A stretch of DNA of 64,000 bases. It comes from Octopus vulgaris (taxonomy: Eukaryota). Each line of letters opens with the position of its first letter. Position 1 is the stretch's first letter. The stretch is from the NCBI GenBank assembly GCA_951406725.2, contig OX597832.1, positions 23,498,001 through 23,562,000 of the forward strand, read 5' to 3'. Positions 1 through 13,548 of the stretch are shown here, piece by piece. Made by a program: the position numbers and the translations under genes. The notes beneath the pieces are model-generated. The model worked only from the letters and a program-made list of their open reading frames with translations. It searched no databases and was not told the DNA's origin.

Positions 1-228
1 CCTCGATGTCGGTTCTTCAAGCAATTGTTAATGTTTATTACTTAACCAGTTTCATCTATTTCATAACTAAACGTCTATTGTCTGTTAACGTGTGAAAGAT
101 ATTACCATTACAAGTTCCTTCTATTTTAACGATAACAACCCGTTTATATAGTGATTTACTAATGTACAGATATGTGTGTGTGTATACATATATATATATA
201 TATATTTCATATATATGTATATATATAT

Positions 229-281
<53 letters not shown>

Positions 282-840
282 CAATCTTACTTAGAAATGG
301 ATGCGTGCGTTCCGTCATATAATAAATTAATAAATAAAACACATGCATATATACATACATATATGTACGTACCTACCTCTACATCTATATATACACGCAT
401 ATATGGGTACAGGACACCAAAAAACGTCGAACAAAATGAGAAACGAAAACATAAACACAAAACCAAGGAACTGGACATTTTTCTTAAACAACAAAAAAAT
501 AGAGTACAGGACAAATAACATAAGGAAAATTCCCCTTCTTCAGTCGCCATGGTTTCATCTATTCTACGTTTCGAATGTGAAGGCGATACGCATCTTCGAT
601 AGAAACTTTCCTTCCCGCGAAAAGCAAATTAAATAAAATTTGAGATCTTTTTGCGGAGGGGTAAAAATGGTAACAAAAACAGGACAGTAACGACAGTACA
701 AAATATAAACAGTAAAAGACAGGACAAGGAGTATAACAAGACAAGAAGGGCTGCTAAGCCGAACGAGAAAATATTACGAACGCTATTTTTGAGAACGGCG
801 AAGGAGCAACAGAAATTATATATATATATATATATATACA

Positions 841-993
841 GGTGTGGCTATGTGATAGGAAGCCTGCTGCCCAACAACATTGTTCCGGGTTCATTCCAAC
901 TGCGTCGCACCTTGTGAAAGTGTCTTCTACTATAGCTTCGGGGCAACCAAAGCCTTGTTGTGGATTTGGTAGATGGAAACTGGAAGAAGTCCC

Positions 994-1037
<44 letters not shown>

Positions 1038-1099
1038 CCACACGCGCGCACATACACACAGAGTCAAATGACTGAAATAAATAAAAGAGTAAAAGAGTA
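841..1099 (+). mobile_element. tRNA-derived CORE-like SINE family B, internally deleted
   Basis: Head ggtgtggctatgtgatagg, B-box-like gggttcattcc, core caccttgtgaaagtgtcttctactatagc, tail tcaaatgactgaaataaataaaagagtaaaagagta. Confidence 0.75.
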
Positions 1100-1340
1100 C
1101 TTGTACTAAAGTCGTTGACGTAAATATACTCTGAACGTTATCTTACTGTGAGTGCTGACCTCGAGCGGTGCGATTACCGTTGGCGCTGCAGGCAACCGAA
1201 TGAATCACCGCCGTAAACTGGTTAAAGCGGTTGACGTAAACATACGTCGAACCGTTGTCTTGCGCTAATTGCTGATTTCAGCCGAGATGATAACCGTCAA
1301 TGTAGCTTGTCGTCAAGGGGTTAAATCCTTGAAATTCCTC

Positions 1341-1676
1341 GTATCGGTATGTTTTGCCGAAGCGCTAAGTTACCGGGACGTAAACACACCAACGCCGGTT
1401 GTCAGGCAGTGGTGTGGTTCGAACAAGCGCACACGCACATGAACACACACATACACACACACTCGAGCGCGTGCACACACATACATACTTATATATTTAG
1501 GATCAATATGTGTGTTTGTATTCGACAGACTTCTTTCAGTTTCCGTCAACCAAATCCATTTGCAAAGGTTTTGTCCTGTCCGAGCCTATAGTAGAAGACT
1601 CCTGCCCAATGTGCCACGCAATGGGACTGAACCCGGCACCATGTGGGTGTGAAGCAAATAGTTACACCTATGCCTA
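1341..1676 (-). mobile_element. SINE family B
   Basis: Reverse complement of the family B 5' half, internal microsatellite and part of the 3' half. Confidence 0.75.
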
Positions 1677-1850
1677 TATGGGTATGTTTGTGTATGTATA
1701 CGTATATATTCGTACAGAGGTGTTCCCCTTTCATATCTAGGGCCAACAAAGCTTATGACACCAAGGTCGGATCTCTTATCTCTTATAAAAATAGAACCAC
1801 ATATGATTTAAGAAGGTGACCTCAGGTATATTTGCATATTTTGTTTTTAC

Positions 1851-1974
1851 CTGTTTAGTTGTGTTGTCGTCTTCTGCTGTTGTCTTCTTCTGTTCTTTGT
1901 ACATTGTATTCGGCTTTCGAACAATGGGAGCGACACTTCTCTGCGATGATACTTCTGTTAATTGTTGATTCTCA
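1851..1974 (-). CDS. Same GPCR, internal exon (ICL3 up to TM6)
   Basis: Acceptor tttctcttttccattttcttttAG, donor CAG|GTAAAA; 124 nt, phase 2 to 0, matching the previous exon. Translates (S)ENQQLTEVSSQRSVAPIVRKPNTMYKEQKKTTAEDDNTTKQ, a polar loop ending as peptide-receptor ICL3s do before TM6. Confidence 0.85.
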
Positions 1975-2013
1975 CTAAAAGAAAATGGAAAAGAGAAATT
2001 AATTTTAACAACT

Positions 2014-2346
2014 AACAAGAACACTCGGAGAGCGCAAACCTACGTCAAGGCAACACCAATGTAATCTCAACGATTAGCTGAACTAAACTCGACTGCTCTC
2101 ACAAAGGAGAATATTAAAAATGAACCCGACTGCTCTAAAAAATTAAGTAAAAAAAAAACAGGAAAAATAATCCAGAATCCTTGTCCGGTACCGGATTGAT
2201 CCAAAAATCTTATCACTTCGTGCCAGTCACAAGGCCAAACATCTGTGAAAGTTTCATTGAAATCCATCCAGCGGTTCTTGAGATATCTTGTCAACGTACA
2301 AACTCGACTGTAAACAATCCCTCCGCCTTCGCTAAGGCGGAGGTAA
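2014..2346 (+). mobile_element. Non-autonomous Helitron/Helentron-like element
   Basis: Begins aacaagaacactcggagagcgcaaacctacgtcaagg, a subterminal motif related to the 3' end. Ends in perfect hairpin cctccgcctt-cgct-aaggcggagg (2320-2343) plus taa. No ORF. Confidence 0.5.
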
Positions 2347-2349
2347 TAT

Positions 2350-2581
2350 ATTTCTATACTACCCATAAGGGGCTAAACACAGAGAGGACAAACAAGGACA
2401 GACAAAGGGATTAAGTCGATTACATCGACCCCAGTATGTAACTGGTACTTTATTTATCGACCCCGAAAGGATGAAAAGCAAAGTCGACCTCGGTGGAATT
2501 TTAATTCAGAATGTAACGGCAGACGAAATACCGCTAAGCATTTCGTCCGGCGCGCTAACGATTCTGCCAGCTCGCCGCCTT
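2350..2581 (-). mobile_element. tRNA-derived SINE family A, long-tail type
   Basis: Head ggcggcgagctggcagaatcgttagc (A-box-like), B-box-like region, core gtcgactttgcttttcatcctttcggggtcgata, tail ...tagcccctt...gggtagta..gaaata; many copies in this window. Confidence 0.85.
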
Positions 2582-3502
2582 AAGCTCTCGGGTGATTTTA
2601 AAAGCAATGGAATTATCCGTGCTCAAATAGATCTAATTAGATGACGATGACTCTAAATACTTGAATTTCAGTCAAAATACTTACTTTCACATGAAACCAT
2701 GAAACTCTTATCTTGACCTCCTCAACTCCCCAAACATCTATTTCTAACAGCTCAAGTGACCACGTATAATTTCTTTCCGTGAATTTTAGGATTAATTTGT
2801 GGAAGCATGAATACTTGATGACCACCTGCAAACTTTTCTAATTTATTTTTTTCTACTCCAAAAAACACATCGCTCTTTTTTAGACTTTTAACAGACACCA
2901 AATTATATAATGTATAGCATCTATTTTACGGTTTTACTGCATATTTTATAAGTGGGGTGCTTTTATCGTCTTCGAAATGACTTTAAGGAAACATATATAT
3001 TATACTGAAAGAATGGCAGAATGTCTTTAAAAATATATCCTCAGAATGAATAATAAATGCTTAATTTATTTTTGTTCTTATCTGCAACACTCAGAAGGAT
3101 TTAGCCTGCCAATCTGTAAATAATAAATCATATGTAATCAACTTATAATCGATTTCTATTTTCCCAAGCCGAATCTGGGATAGAATAAAACGACTATATT
3201 CCCATGGTAGGATTTGTTTCGTATTTCACGGCGTCTTGACTGATAAAAATCGAACTAACATAGTCGGGCGACCAAAGAAAGTAGATATGGATGTTTACGC
3301 TGTAAGTCCTTACGTATGGTTAATTTCAAATGTACTTAAGATAGATCGGCGTACATTAGTTAAAGTATGGAGTTTTTGTAATTTCCCTTTGCTATATTTT
3401 TATCATGCAATTTCAAAAACAAGTTATTATTGGAATTTTGTTTTCAACATAAGAAAATCAAAATCTTCAAAACATTTTCTTTATAAATTTATATTTCTTA
3501 AA

Positions 3503-3593
<91 letters not shown>

Positions 3594-3869
3594 GTTTTTC
3601 TTTATAAAATAATAAGGAATCTAAATTCAATATTTTATAAGTGTATTTGTATATTAAAATCATTGATACCGAACACAAACGTTTTGAAATGGCTGTATTA
3701 AGTCTCGGAAAAAAAGAAATAATAATGTACATTCAATAATGAAAGCATTAGTATTGAACTCTTTTGTATTCTGAAAATTTGAAAAGCTCTTTGAATATAT
3801 CAAGGATGAAAAGGCAAATAACAAATACTGAGACAACATATATTTATACACTTCAAACTCAAACGCAAC

Positions 3870-3921
<52 letters not shown>

Positions 3922-5389
3922 AGATGTATACATATGTGTATGTATATACAATACATGTGTATATATATATGTAAGTATATGTCTGTGGGTATGTATATAT
4001 ATATATATATATATATACATAAATACATACATATATATGTATATATATATATATAGATATATATAAATATATAATATGAGGGAATATTATTCCAAACTTA
4101 GAGGGAAAAATTCAATTTAGAAATACTAAATCAAAGTTCACAAAATATAATATATTTGTATATATAAATTAGAAAAAAACATCTTTTAACAATTCAAAAT
4201 GAAAAATTAAATTACACCATTTAGAAAATTACATATAATAGAAAGATTAAATATAAGATAAAAGAAATATAACGATGATTAAGTAATGTGCAAAATAATA
4301 AATAAAACATATATATATATATATATATCGGTCTCATATCATCCTTGGGCTCAAAAGAGAGACGAACGCTTCCATACACCCTACACTTGGCTCGCTGTCC
4401 TGCTCCTGTTGATCATATTCCCGACACCATAGACCAAGAAGCTAAGACAGACATATCGACAGTCGACCTTTGGCTTCAATCGATGGTCATTTGCGCGCAA
4501 ATAGATGTTGTTGCATGACGACTACTCTAAACACATGACATATTGAATCATAAAGTTCATTTTTAATGAAGCCATTTGAGATTTGGATTTGGTCAGCTCA
4601 ATCCAACGAATTTAATACGACTGAACATGTCCAGAACAAAATCAATTATTCTATCAAATCTAGCACGCCATCGAATCGCGCCAATCTATTTCATATGACG
4701 AAAAGAAAACTAGAACGACGAATTACTCTTAACCAACGATTGATTGCGTTTATACCTCACAGATGTCGTTCGCTTAGTCAATAAAAGAAAAGCATATCCG
4801 ACTGTATGTTGTCCTGCCTACATAGAAACATCCATAGATGTTTGTTTTGATAATAATCTTTACACTTCCAGTTTTTAAAACTTGATATAGTCTTCTCACT
4901 TGAATTCTACTTGTTAAAGGATAAACTTAAAGTATAAAGAAATAATAAAATATGCATATATATGTATATATGTATGTATGAATATATATATATATATATA
5001 TATATATACTGAATATAAAATAGTGTACATTTAAACACAAGAGAAAACTACCTTTAACAGGTAATTTTTACACGCTAGAAGCAGTCAATACGACGAAAAC
5101 TACATTTAAGAACAATTTTCGAAGAGAATGAAAAATAAAATCTTTTATCTTGTTATTTTTTACGGGTATACCTAGGTTTCAGATTTCTTTAGCAAATAAC
5201 ATAATTTGCTAGGCGAATTCTCATCAGTAACCGTGCCTTAACAACTAACATATAATTTAAAGACAAATAACACATGTCTCATCATTATATGTTATAAATT
5301 TTCAAAATTCACAGCGCAAACGTAGTTTCAGTCGGCAGTAAATGAATAATGCCGAACCGATCTTCGAAATATATCTTACGTGTGTGTAT

Positions 5390-5439
<50 letters not shown>

Positions 5440-5453
5440 GATAAAGGTGTTCA

Positions 5454-5507
<54 letters not shown>

Positions 5508-6441
5508 ATATATGCATGTATGTATATATTATATGTACATATACATATATACATATGTATATATATATACATACGTACATATATATTTACTGTATATTTT
5601 GTAAGTATATAACCCTAACTAGTTGATGTTTTGTCGACTATTTAGTGGAGATAGAAATAATATAGTTTCTCATACAGGCATAGTATGTCATAAAATTATA
5701 CGCATTTTCAAACTTGTGGGAAATGTTTCTAAACTAATAGCAGGCATTAAAGATGAGAAGGCGGCTGTTGACTGTATTACTGCCGCTTGTTTCAACGTGT
5801 AATTAGATCGGTATTTCACGTCAGACTTTACATGAAAAGGAATATGTTTTCAGTTAGTTTACTTCGAAAAGATTATGTCTGGATACAAAATTCATTATAC
5901 GATGTTCAATACGCGAATATAATTTTCTTCATGCGCTATCTCATGTTACGAATTTATTTGTATTTTATTTTGTTTGAACATGACAAAAGGACAGCAGCCT
6001 TTTAAATTACATTATTAAAGTGAATCTTTCACAACAAATTTCCTGTTCTTCCTTCCATCTGTTAGAGAGACAGACAGACAGACAGACAGACTGGCAGAGC
6101 AATAGTTCGCTCGCAGACACTACCTGTTGTGCTTCTCTGAACGCTTTGTCGAGTTTAGATAATTACTTCTGTTTGTTGCAAAGATTAGAGAGAAAAAATA
6201 CAGAGGGTTTCATAAGTTACTGTACGAAAGCAAGTGATTAGAAGGACTACATTAGATGAGTTTTTTTTTTAATTCTTAAATTTTTTTTCAATTAAACATC
6301 ACCCATTGCTACATTCAAGCTGTGAGTCTTCATTATCTGAAATTCTGCTTGGAATTTTATGAGCCCCAACAGGCAGATTCCGAAACATAAATCTGTTATG
6401 AAGTTAGTGAATGGCGTTGGTGAGGTTGTGCTTTTAAGCTC

Positions 6442-7038
6442 TATTTCTTTATTGCCCACAAGGGGCTAAACATAGAGGGAACAAACAAGGACATACAAAG
6501 GGATTAAGTCGATTACATCGACATCAGTGCGTAACTGGTACTTTATTTATCGACCCCGAAAGGATGACAGGCAAAGTCAACCTCGGCGGAATTTGAACTC
6601 AGAACGTAACGACAGACGAAATACCTATTTCTTTACTAAACAAGGAGCCAAACATAGAGGGGACAAACAAGGACATACAAAGGGATTAAGTCGATTACAT
6701 CGACCCCAGTGCGTAACTGGTACTTAATTTATCAACCTCGAAAGGATGAAAAGCAAAGTCGACCTCGGCGGAATTTGAACTCAGAACGTAACGACAGACG
6801 AAATACCTATTTCTTTACTACCCACAAGGGGCTAAACATAGAGGGTACAAACAAGGACAGACATAGGTATTAAGTCGATTACATCGACCCCAGTGCGTAA
6901 CTGGTACTTTATTTATCGACCCCGAAAGGATGAAAGCCAAGGTCGACCTCGGCGGAATTTGAACTCAGAACGTAACGACAGACGAAATACCGCTACGCAT
7001 TTCGCCCATCGTGCTAACGTTTCTGCCAGCTCACCGCC
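6442..7038 (-). mobile_element. SINE family A, tandem array of three units (about 181-nt period)
   Basis: One head followed by three body+tail units joined at aaagaaata|ggtatttcgtctg. Confidence 0.9.
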
Positions 7039-8223
7039 ATATTTTTAAGAAATCACCACGCAAAGAAATTAGGAACGGTTATTTCAAGAGACACCGGAGG
7101 CGATTCGCTAACTAGTCGTCTGTATCCAGTCTGTCCATCAGTTAAGTGTTTAACTTCACTCTTGTAAATTCGTTGTAATCTTCATCCTACTGAGAAATGT
7201 ACGCATCAGTGTCAGACAGTGTAAGAACAACAGGCCAGAAGATATCTGTTAATAAATGAACGTGATGATCAGCGTTATGTGCCGTGAAAAAGAAATTACA
7301 CACGGACTGTAAAGTTCAACCGAAGGACACACACCAGTATGATCCATACGTTTCATTAAATATCTCATACGATTTATATCTACGATATAAAACATGCACC
7401 TTTGAGCCTGGTGGGTTCAATTACTCCAGCAATTAAACACATTACTCCGTTTTACTATAGGAACCAGTGAAACGAAAAAGGCACTAATATAACCTCGTGG
7501 GTTCAGGAACCATATAAAGAGAGCAGTGGTTCTTGTTAGCAATATCGGTATACAGCTCTTCAATTGCAGTATAGAAGTCAGAAGCAGTGAAGAGCTACTT
7601 AAATATAACTATAATTGAAAATTCACATCTATTGACCTCTAAATTCAAAGGTCAAATATTGACCTTTGAGAAAGCGCTACTGTATAGAGCGTAAATTTTC
7701 CACTTGATTGAAAAGTCACCTTTTCTAGAGTTCTTTAGCTTCCAGATGTACTTTGAGATGGACAGAATAACATGTATATCGGCATTACAGAAAATACATT
7801 CAAGCTACGAAGCGTACAGGACGTACTTTTTAATGTTGAAAGGAGCGCAGCTTTACATCAAAGCTCATCTGGAATCTAAAGAATCGTATATTAACTAACC
7901 TTTCAGTAAAATGGAACACTGCTACAATGATTCTGTTCCACTTGATTGTAGGATTACTTATCCTACGATATATTTACTACCGGACAAACTTCCAAATATA
8001 ACTTAAAGCCTCACGTTACAGAATCAACTTGGAAACACTCTAAATCAACTAGAAGATACTTTCTCAGCTTACTTGCATAGAAAGCCATGTTGGTACGTGA
8101 TCAAGTGTACGTCCAATCGTTGGAGCGCAACGTGATAGAAGACGGAGCGCAACGGTTGGAATAAAGGAAGGAAAAGCAAAAGGATCGGCATGGGTCGCAC
8201 AGCTGAAAAAAAGAAGACAAAAG

Positions 8224-8307
8224 GAAGAAGAAGAAGAAGAAGAAGAAGAAGAAGAAGAAGAAGAAGAAGAAGAAGAAGAAGAAGAAGAAGAAGAAGAAGA
8301 AGAAGAA
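8224..8307. repeat. (GAA)n microsatellite
   Basis: Direct reading. Confidence 0.97.
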
Positions 8308-9128
8308 TCGTCCCTTTTTTGTGGACTGAGAGGCTGGTTTATTAGAGACCCCCTCCAAATATATATTTTTTTTTTTACTAGGAGAAGGTAGTGAGGTTAT
8401 CGAGCCTTGCTTCGGTTGAGATTAAATAATATAAATTTGTCCTTTTGTCCTAGAAAGCCATTCAAACTCTCAGCTTTCTACTACATCACATTCTTGTTCC
8501 GGAAAAGAACAACATATAACCCGCTAACTATTAAATTTATATAACCTTTTCCTATTAGATTACCCAACAGTCTCGCAAACCTTCTTTCCACTATACATTT
8601 ATATGTACCAAATCTCCTATCTACACCACCATAAGTTTACATAATATATGATTAACAAATACATAACTAATTAATTGGATAGTAACAAGAAAAGGAATGC
8701 TGGACTAAACGTCTATATATCTCAGTTATCAGCATTTTTATGTCAACCCCTTCCAGTTTTTACCGTTGTGGTTGTTGAGATCCAGATCAGTTTTGATTAA
8801 GCAAATCCATGACCAAAGACGTTCCATCTTTGACGATCCCGTCTTTTTTGTATAACTACATTTTTCAATTTAGACTTTCTTTTTGTAAGACAACAAACTA
8901 TGACCTGAACAGATTCGGATGTTGCTTCTGGAAGATTGACTGTCTACGTAGAAATATCCTTAGTTCGTGTGCTCTATGTGGAACAAACTCAAAACTATAG
9001 TAGATTGAGTTTAATTGACTGTATCATTCTGATCACAAAATATGAATTTGTGTCGGTTCGAAAAAAAAATGATTTATAACAAATGACCGATAAATTAAAA
9101 TAAATTGCTGCTTTTCTTTTTTACTTAC

Positions 9129-9331
9129 CTTCCAGCCCTCATTGAAGCTCTTAAATTGGCAACCTTCCAGAGTTCGTAACCTATACTGGCATAGGCCACT
9201 ACCATCACACCTACTGGTAATATGAACATTAGAACCAGCATATATAATTCATAAAGAATCGAGTAAATTGGTTTGTCCCATTCCTTGACACACCAGAAGC
9301 CTTTGCGAGTTATTCCCACTTCAATATGTTT
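9129..9331 (-). CDS. Same GPCR, internal exon (ECL2 with Cys, TM5, start of ICL3)
   Basis: Acceptor ttttatctaatttcAG, donor AG|GTAAGT; 203 nt, phase 0 to 2. Translates KHIEVGITRKGFWCVKEWDKPIYSILYELYMLVLMFILPVGVMVVAYASIGYELWKVANLRASMRAG, with TM5 F-x-x-P...Y pattern. Confidence 0.94.
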
Positions 9332-11041
9332 CTGAAATTAGATAAAAGAATTTTTAGTAACATATCAATAATTTTACAGTGAAACTTAAAATAACAATTT
9401 AGCTTTGCAGTAATGTACAGTGACATTCAATAATTTTTTAATGAAAATACAATGATGTATTAGTGAGATTTATACAGTGAACGTCTATGACATATTAAAC
9501 AGGTCTACTGTAGATGTACAGCGACCTACTCAAAGCTTCATAATGAATTTACGGGGTTATGCTAATAGTTCGAATTTAATGATGCTATAGAGAAATGTAT
9601 CCCCTTCAGTTTTGCCTCGCTTGTCTTCGACTGCCTTGTTTCGACACTCTTCTGTGCCGTCTCTTTTTATCTGTCTCCAGCTATTCCCCTGCAATTTCCA
9701 TTTCGTCCTTATTGTTATAAAGACGATAGGGTGCTATCAATGGACCGGGGCCACTCGCCTTCCTGGCTAACCTCCATCAGACACTAACAACGCGGTAAGT
9801 TTTTTGAGCTACGGTCAGAACTGCAATGTTACGAAAACCACAGTTTCTCCGCTCTTCAAATTGTCATGATTGCCTCTGTCTTTAACCATCGCTGCTGCCG
9901 TTCGTTCTTTCTCGCTGAATTATTCTTACCAGAAATCTAATGTCTAGAATTCATTGCCACACACTATGCCCTGTTTCCTCCTTACAATATTTTACCGCTC
10001 ATCTCCGAGAAGGAGTACAACTCTGGAATAAATTTAAAGTCTTCGACAGTCATTGGAGCTTGCATATATATGCAGAATAATCCTGCCAACATATTTTTTT
10101 TCTTTTTACTCAGCCTTCACTAACTTCCCGACAGACTATCACTCAAAACCAAAAGAGATGGCGCAGTCTGTAACACTTATATCCTGCCATTCTATATTTT
10201 GTGTGACATTAACTTCTGAGCAAGTGGGTCGCAACATTTATACCTCACATCTTCCTCACATCTTCCATCGAAACGTGCGTCTCTTCAGGCGATGTTTTCC
10301 ATTCGTCCCACCTATATCAAAAGAACACGCATTGCACCACAACACATCGTCAGTTAATATTTCAAAAGTTCTGTTTAAGGATTCATGGAATCCCCTTTCG
10401 TTTTTTAGCAACATATTCATAACCTTCTTGCTCTTTACATGATATTTTCTTGGGCAAGAATATACAGTTCCTTGTAATATATCTCTCCCATATTTTGTAC
10501 TTTTCTCTGAACCAGTCTATGTCTAACGACTCTTTGTGGATCGCTACTCTGGCAAAACCGCATCCATTGTTATCTATGCTATTGAAATTATCATTATCTT
10601 ATCATTCGATAAACTGTCAATATCTGCCATATTTTCTGCAATGGAATTCATTTTATTTTTCCATCTGTTTATTTTGCTTTTGAATGTTTTCTGTTTGTTT
10701 GGGGGTTTTCTTGTTTTGTTTGGTTTTTTTCTCTGTCGTTGTTTTGGGTTTTTTTTCAGCAATGCTAGCAAGCTTCTGGTTCTTACTTTTGCTGTTATCC
10801 AGAAAAAATGAGGCCACCATTAATAACTACTTAACAAAATCATATATGTTTGTTTCTTTTTTTAGTTAAATAATCCTTAATCCATTTCTTCCCCCTCAGG
10901 TAGAGGATTAAACGCGTAAAACTTCGATGAGTCTATTGTTAATAAAATAAAACAGAACGGAAAGTATTTTTCCTTCAAATTAATTATTGAAAAAAAAATC
11001 TTCACTTCCCTCTTCACTTGGTACTACGCTGTACAAACTAA

Positions 11042-11155
<114 letters not shown>

Positions 11156-11204
11156 TAATAATGAGGAGGAGGAGGAGGAGGAGGTGGAGGAGGAGAAGTA
11201 GGAG

Positions 11205-11395
11205 GAGGATAAGGTATACGATAAGGAAGACAGAAAAGTCGATAGATATGATAGGTTAGCTTGGGAGATTAAGCAGTTGTGGTCGATGAAAAAGATGGTA
11301 GTAGTACCAATAAGTGTCGGAGACCTGGAAACAGTGGGTAAAAGTCTTGCGAAGTACATCTTCAGCGTTAGAAGTTGTGCAAATACGAGAAGTGT
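11205..11395 (+). mobile_element. R4/Dong-like non-LTR retrotransposon 3' fragment ending in (TAA)n
   Basis: Translates KEDRKVDRYDRLAWEIKQLWSMKKMVVVPISVGDLETV, resembling a restriction-like endonuclease C-terminus. Confidence 0.7.
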
Positions 11396-11454
11396 TAATA
11401 ATAATAATAATTAAATATTAATAATAATAATATTAAGTATTAATAATAATAATA

Positions 11455-12720
11455 AATAAGAGGTTGAAAGCTAAAGCAGATAAACTAAAGGGAATTGAGC
11501 AGTACAGATTAAACAGACTTTTCGAATAAAATCAGAAACGATTCTATCAGCAAATGGATGGGAAAGAACAAGGTGTAAAGGCTGTGCTGGATGCTGAGGA
11601 AAGTAAAAGATTCTGGTTAAACATGTGGAAACAGCACAGAACTAAAGTAGAGTGGTTCAAGACACTCGAAGAGGAGAGTGGAGACTGTCAGCAGAAAGAA
11701 TTGAGAAAAAAAGCGAGGGGATGGTTAGAGATGAGTGCAGGCAAATTCCTAACTGGAAAGCGCGTGACCCAGATGGGGTTTAGGGCTTTTGGCTTAAAAC
11801 CTTCATAGCTCTGCACAGGAGAAATGCGAGACAGCTGGACGAAATATTGAATAGTGACATTCAAGTACCGATCTGGATGACAAAAGGAATAACGGTACAA
11901 TGCCAGAAAGACCCAAGTAAAGGGAAAGGGGTTGGAAATTTTTTCCACCACCATTTTGTTTGTTACTTATGTGGAAACTGATGACGGGCATCATATCAAA
12001 CAGCATCTATAAGTACCAAGATGAGAACGATCTGGAACAAAAAGAGTGTAGACGTAAGAGCTGAGGAACGAAAGATCAATTACCTATCGATAAGACTACC
12101 CTGGCTGATTGCAAGAAGAGACACAAAAATTTGGGGATGGCATGGGTGGACTACAGGAAAGCATATGACATGTTCCCATACTCGTGGATCATTGAATGGC
12201 TTAAACTACTTAAGGTCTCAGAATATTCTGAAGCTAATACGAAACTCAATGACAACGTAACGAGCTGAACTCACAGCATGGGGAGATAAGCTGAGAGAGG
12301 TAAATAGCGAAAGAGGAATCTTTCAAGGGGACAGTCTGTCGCCTCTCCTATTTGTTGTCTCTATACTGACGCTAATGAGCGTTTAAAAAAATACGCGTGG
12401 GGTACGTCCTAGGCAGGCTGATAGCAAACAAACTGTAGTTTATGTATGATCTAAAGCTAGTCACTAAGACTGAGAAAGACATTGAGAGTTTGACGGCAAC
12501 TGTGCAGATGATTAGCAAAGATATTGGCATGGAATTTGAGATCGAGAAATGTGGTGTAATGATTCTTAAAGGGGGAAAAATCAGTAAAAGCTATGGGATC
12601 AAGCTGGAAAGTGGTGAAACTATAAGGGAGATCGGAGAGGAATGATAGCTGCAGATTGCAAGCTCACTACGCATGCAAAACACCAGGATTTCCAAAAAAA
12701 AATCCGAGTTGAAGATAATG
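11455..12720 (+). mobile_element. R4/Dong-like reverse transcriptase pseudogene
   Basis: Broken frames contain [48 protein letters not shown] and FMYDLKL...DIGMEFEIEKC; stops and frameshifts present. Confidence 0.88.
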
Positions 12721-13142
12721 ATAATATATTCCGTCTATAATAATTAGATAGTATTTGACCACTGGAACATTAATCGGAGAGTTTGGGGAGTGGAAGGCTG
12801 GCACTGAAATTTTGAGTGTCAGCGTGTGGCGAATATATTGAGTGTATGTTTCTGTGTGGATGTGTGTGTGTGTGTGTGTGTTTTTGATTGAGGGTGTGTG
12901 CATGCGTACATTATATTACATAGTTTGCACTACAAAAATGTTATGTTCAATTTCGTATAATCATATATATATATATATTGTTATCGCCATATTAATATGG
13001 CATTCTTATAGATATAAGAATAATCGCTGCTGCTGGTCAGCTCCATGAGGCCACCGCCTTAAGATAGCTATTGATACACGATCTGTATCCATTATAACCT
13101 TCGAACAAGGGAGGTCAGCCGCTTCACACTGCCAGTCCGACA

Positions 13143-13184
13143 GCTACAGACGCGTTTCGGGGTATTGCCCCTTGTCAATGTAGC
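13143..13184 (-). ncRNA. Minimal type I hammerhead ribozyme motif A, copy 1
   Basis: GCUACA-UUGACAA-GGGG(CAAUA)CCCC-GAAA-CGCG-UC-UGUAGC: 6-bp stem I, U3:A8 core, 4-bp stem II, palindromic stem III, GUC cleavage triplet. Confidence 0.82.
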
Positions 13185-13230
13185 GCAGTCAGACCCCGCA
13201 GGTGTCGCCACTGACGTCTCTGTTCGAAGG

Positions 13231-13284
13231 TTTCTATTTACCTAGTTTCAGTGGAATACATCCACTTGTTTTCAATAATAGAAA
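13231..13284 (-). ncRNA. Minimal type I hammerhead ribozyme motif B
   Basis: UUUCUAUU-a-UUGAAAA-ca-AGUGGA(UGUAU)UCCACU-GAAA-CUAGG-UA-AAUAGAAA: 8-bp stem I, U3:A8 core, 6-bp stem II, GUA triplet; a few extra unpaired nucleotides. Confidence 0.65.
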
Positions 13285-13506
13285 TATTAAAATTACAAAG
13301 TCTCTATAAAAGAGATTACGGCAGCGTTTACTGGAAATTAATTGTTATCGCCATATTAATATGGCATTCTTATAGATATAAGAATAATCGCTGCCGCTGG
13401 TCAGCTCCATGAGGCCACCGCCTTAAGATAGCTATTGATACACGATCTGTATCCATTATAACCTTCGAACAAGGGAGGTCAGCCGCTTCACACTGCTAGT
13501 CCGACA

Positions 13507-13548
13507 GCTACAGACGCGTTTCGGGGTATTGCCCCTTGTCAATGTAGC
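13507..13548 (-). ncRNA. Minimal type I hammerhead ribozyme motif A, copy 2
   Basis: Identical to 13143-13184, 364 nt away. Confidence 0.82.

Noticed and set aside
560-610. UCGAAGA...GAAACGUA on minus, hammerhead-like
   Set aside because: Stem II does not form cleanly and the core has two uncompensated changes.
1105-1325. Diverged dimer of about 117 nt ending ggggttaa (piggyBac-like end)
   Set aside because: Only one candidate terminus; no matching TIR or TTAA TSD found.
2686-2826. Possible minus-strand exon (gcAG ... AAA|GTAAGT)
   Set aside because: Purine-rich acceptor, a stop in the frame required by the GPCR, and no receptor motif.
5315-5370. UCGAAGA-stem-GAAA-CUACG-UU on minus
   Set aside because: Good stem II but no stem I; too decayed to call.
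6442-7038. CRISPR-like or satellite interpretation of the regular repeats
   Set aside because: Units are SINE bodies without unique spacers, in eukaryotic DNA.
9600-10620. Possible highly decayed LINE
   Set aside because: No continuous RT motif recoverable by eye.
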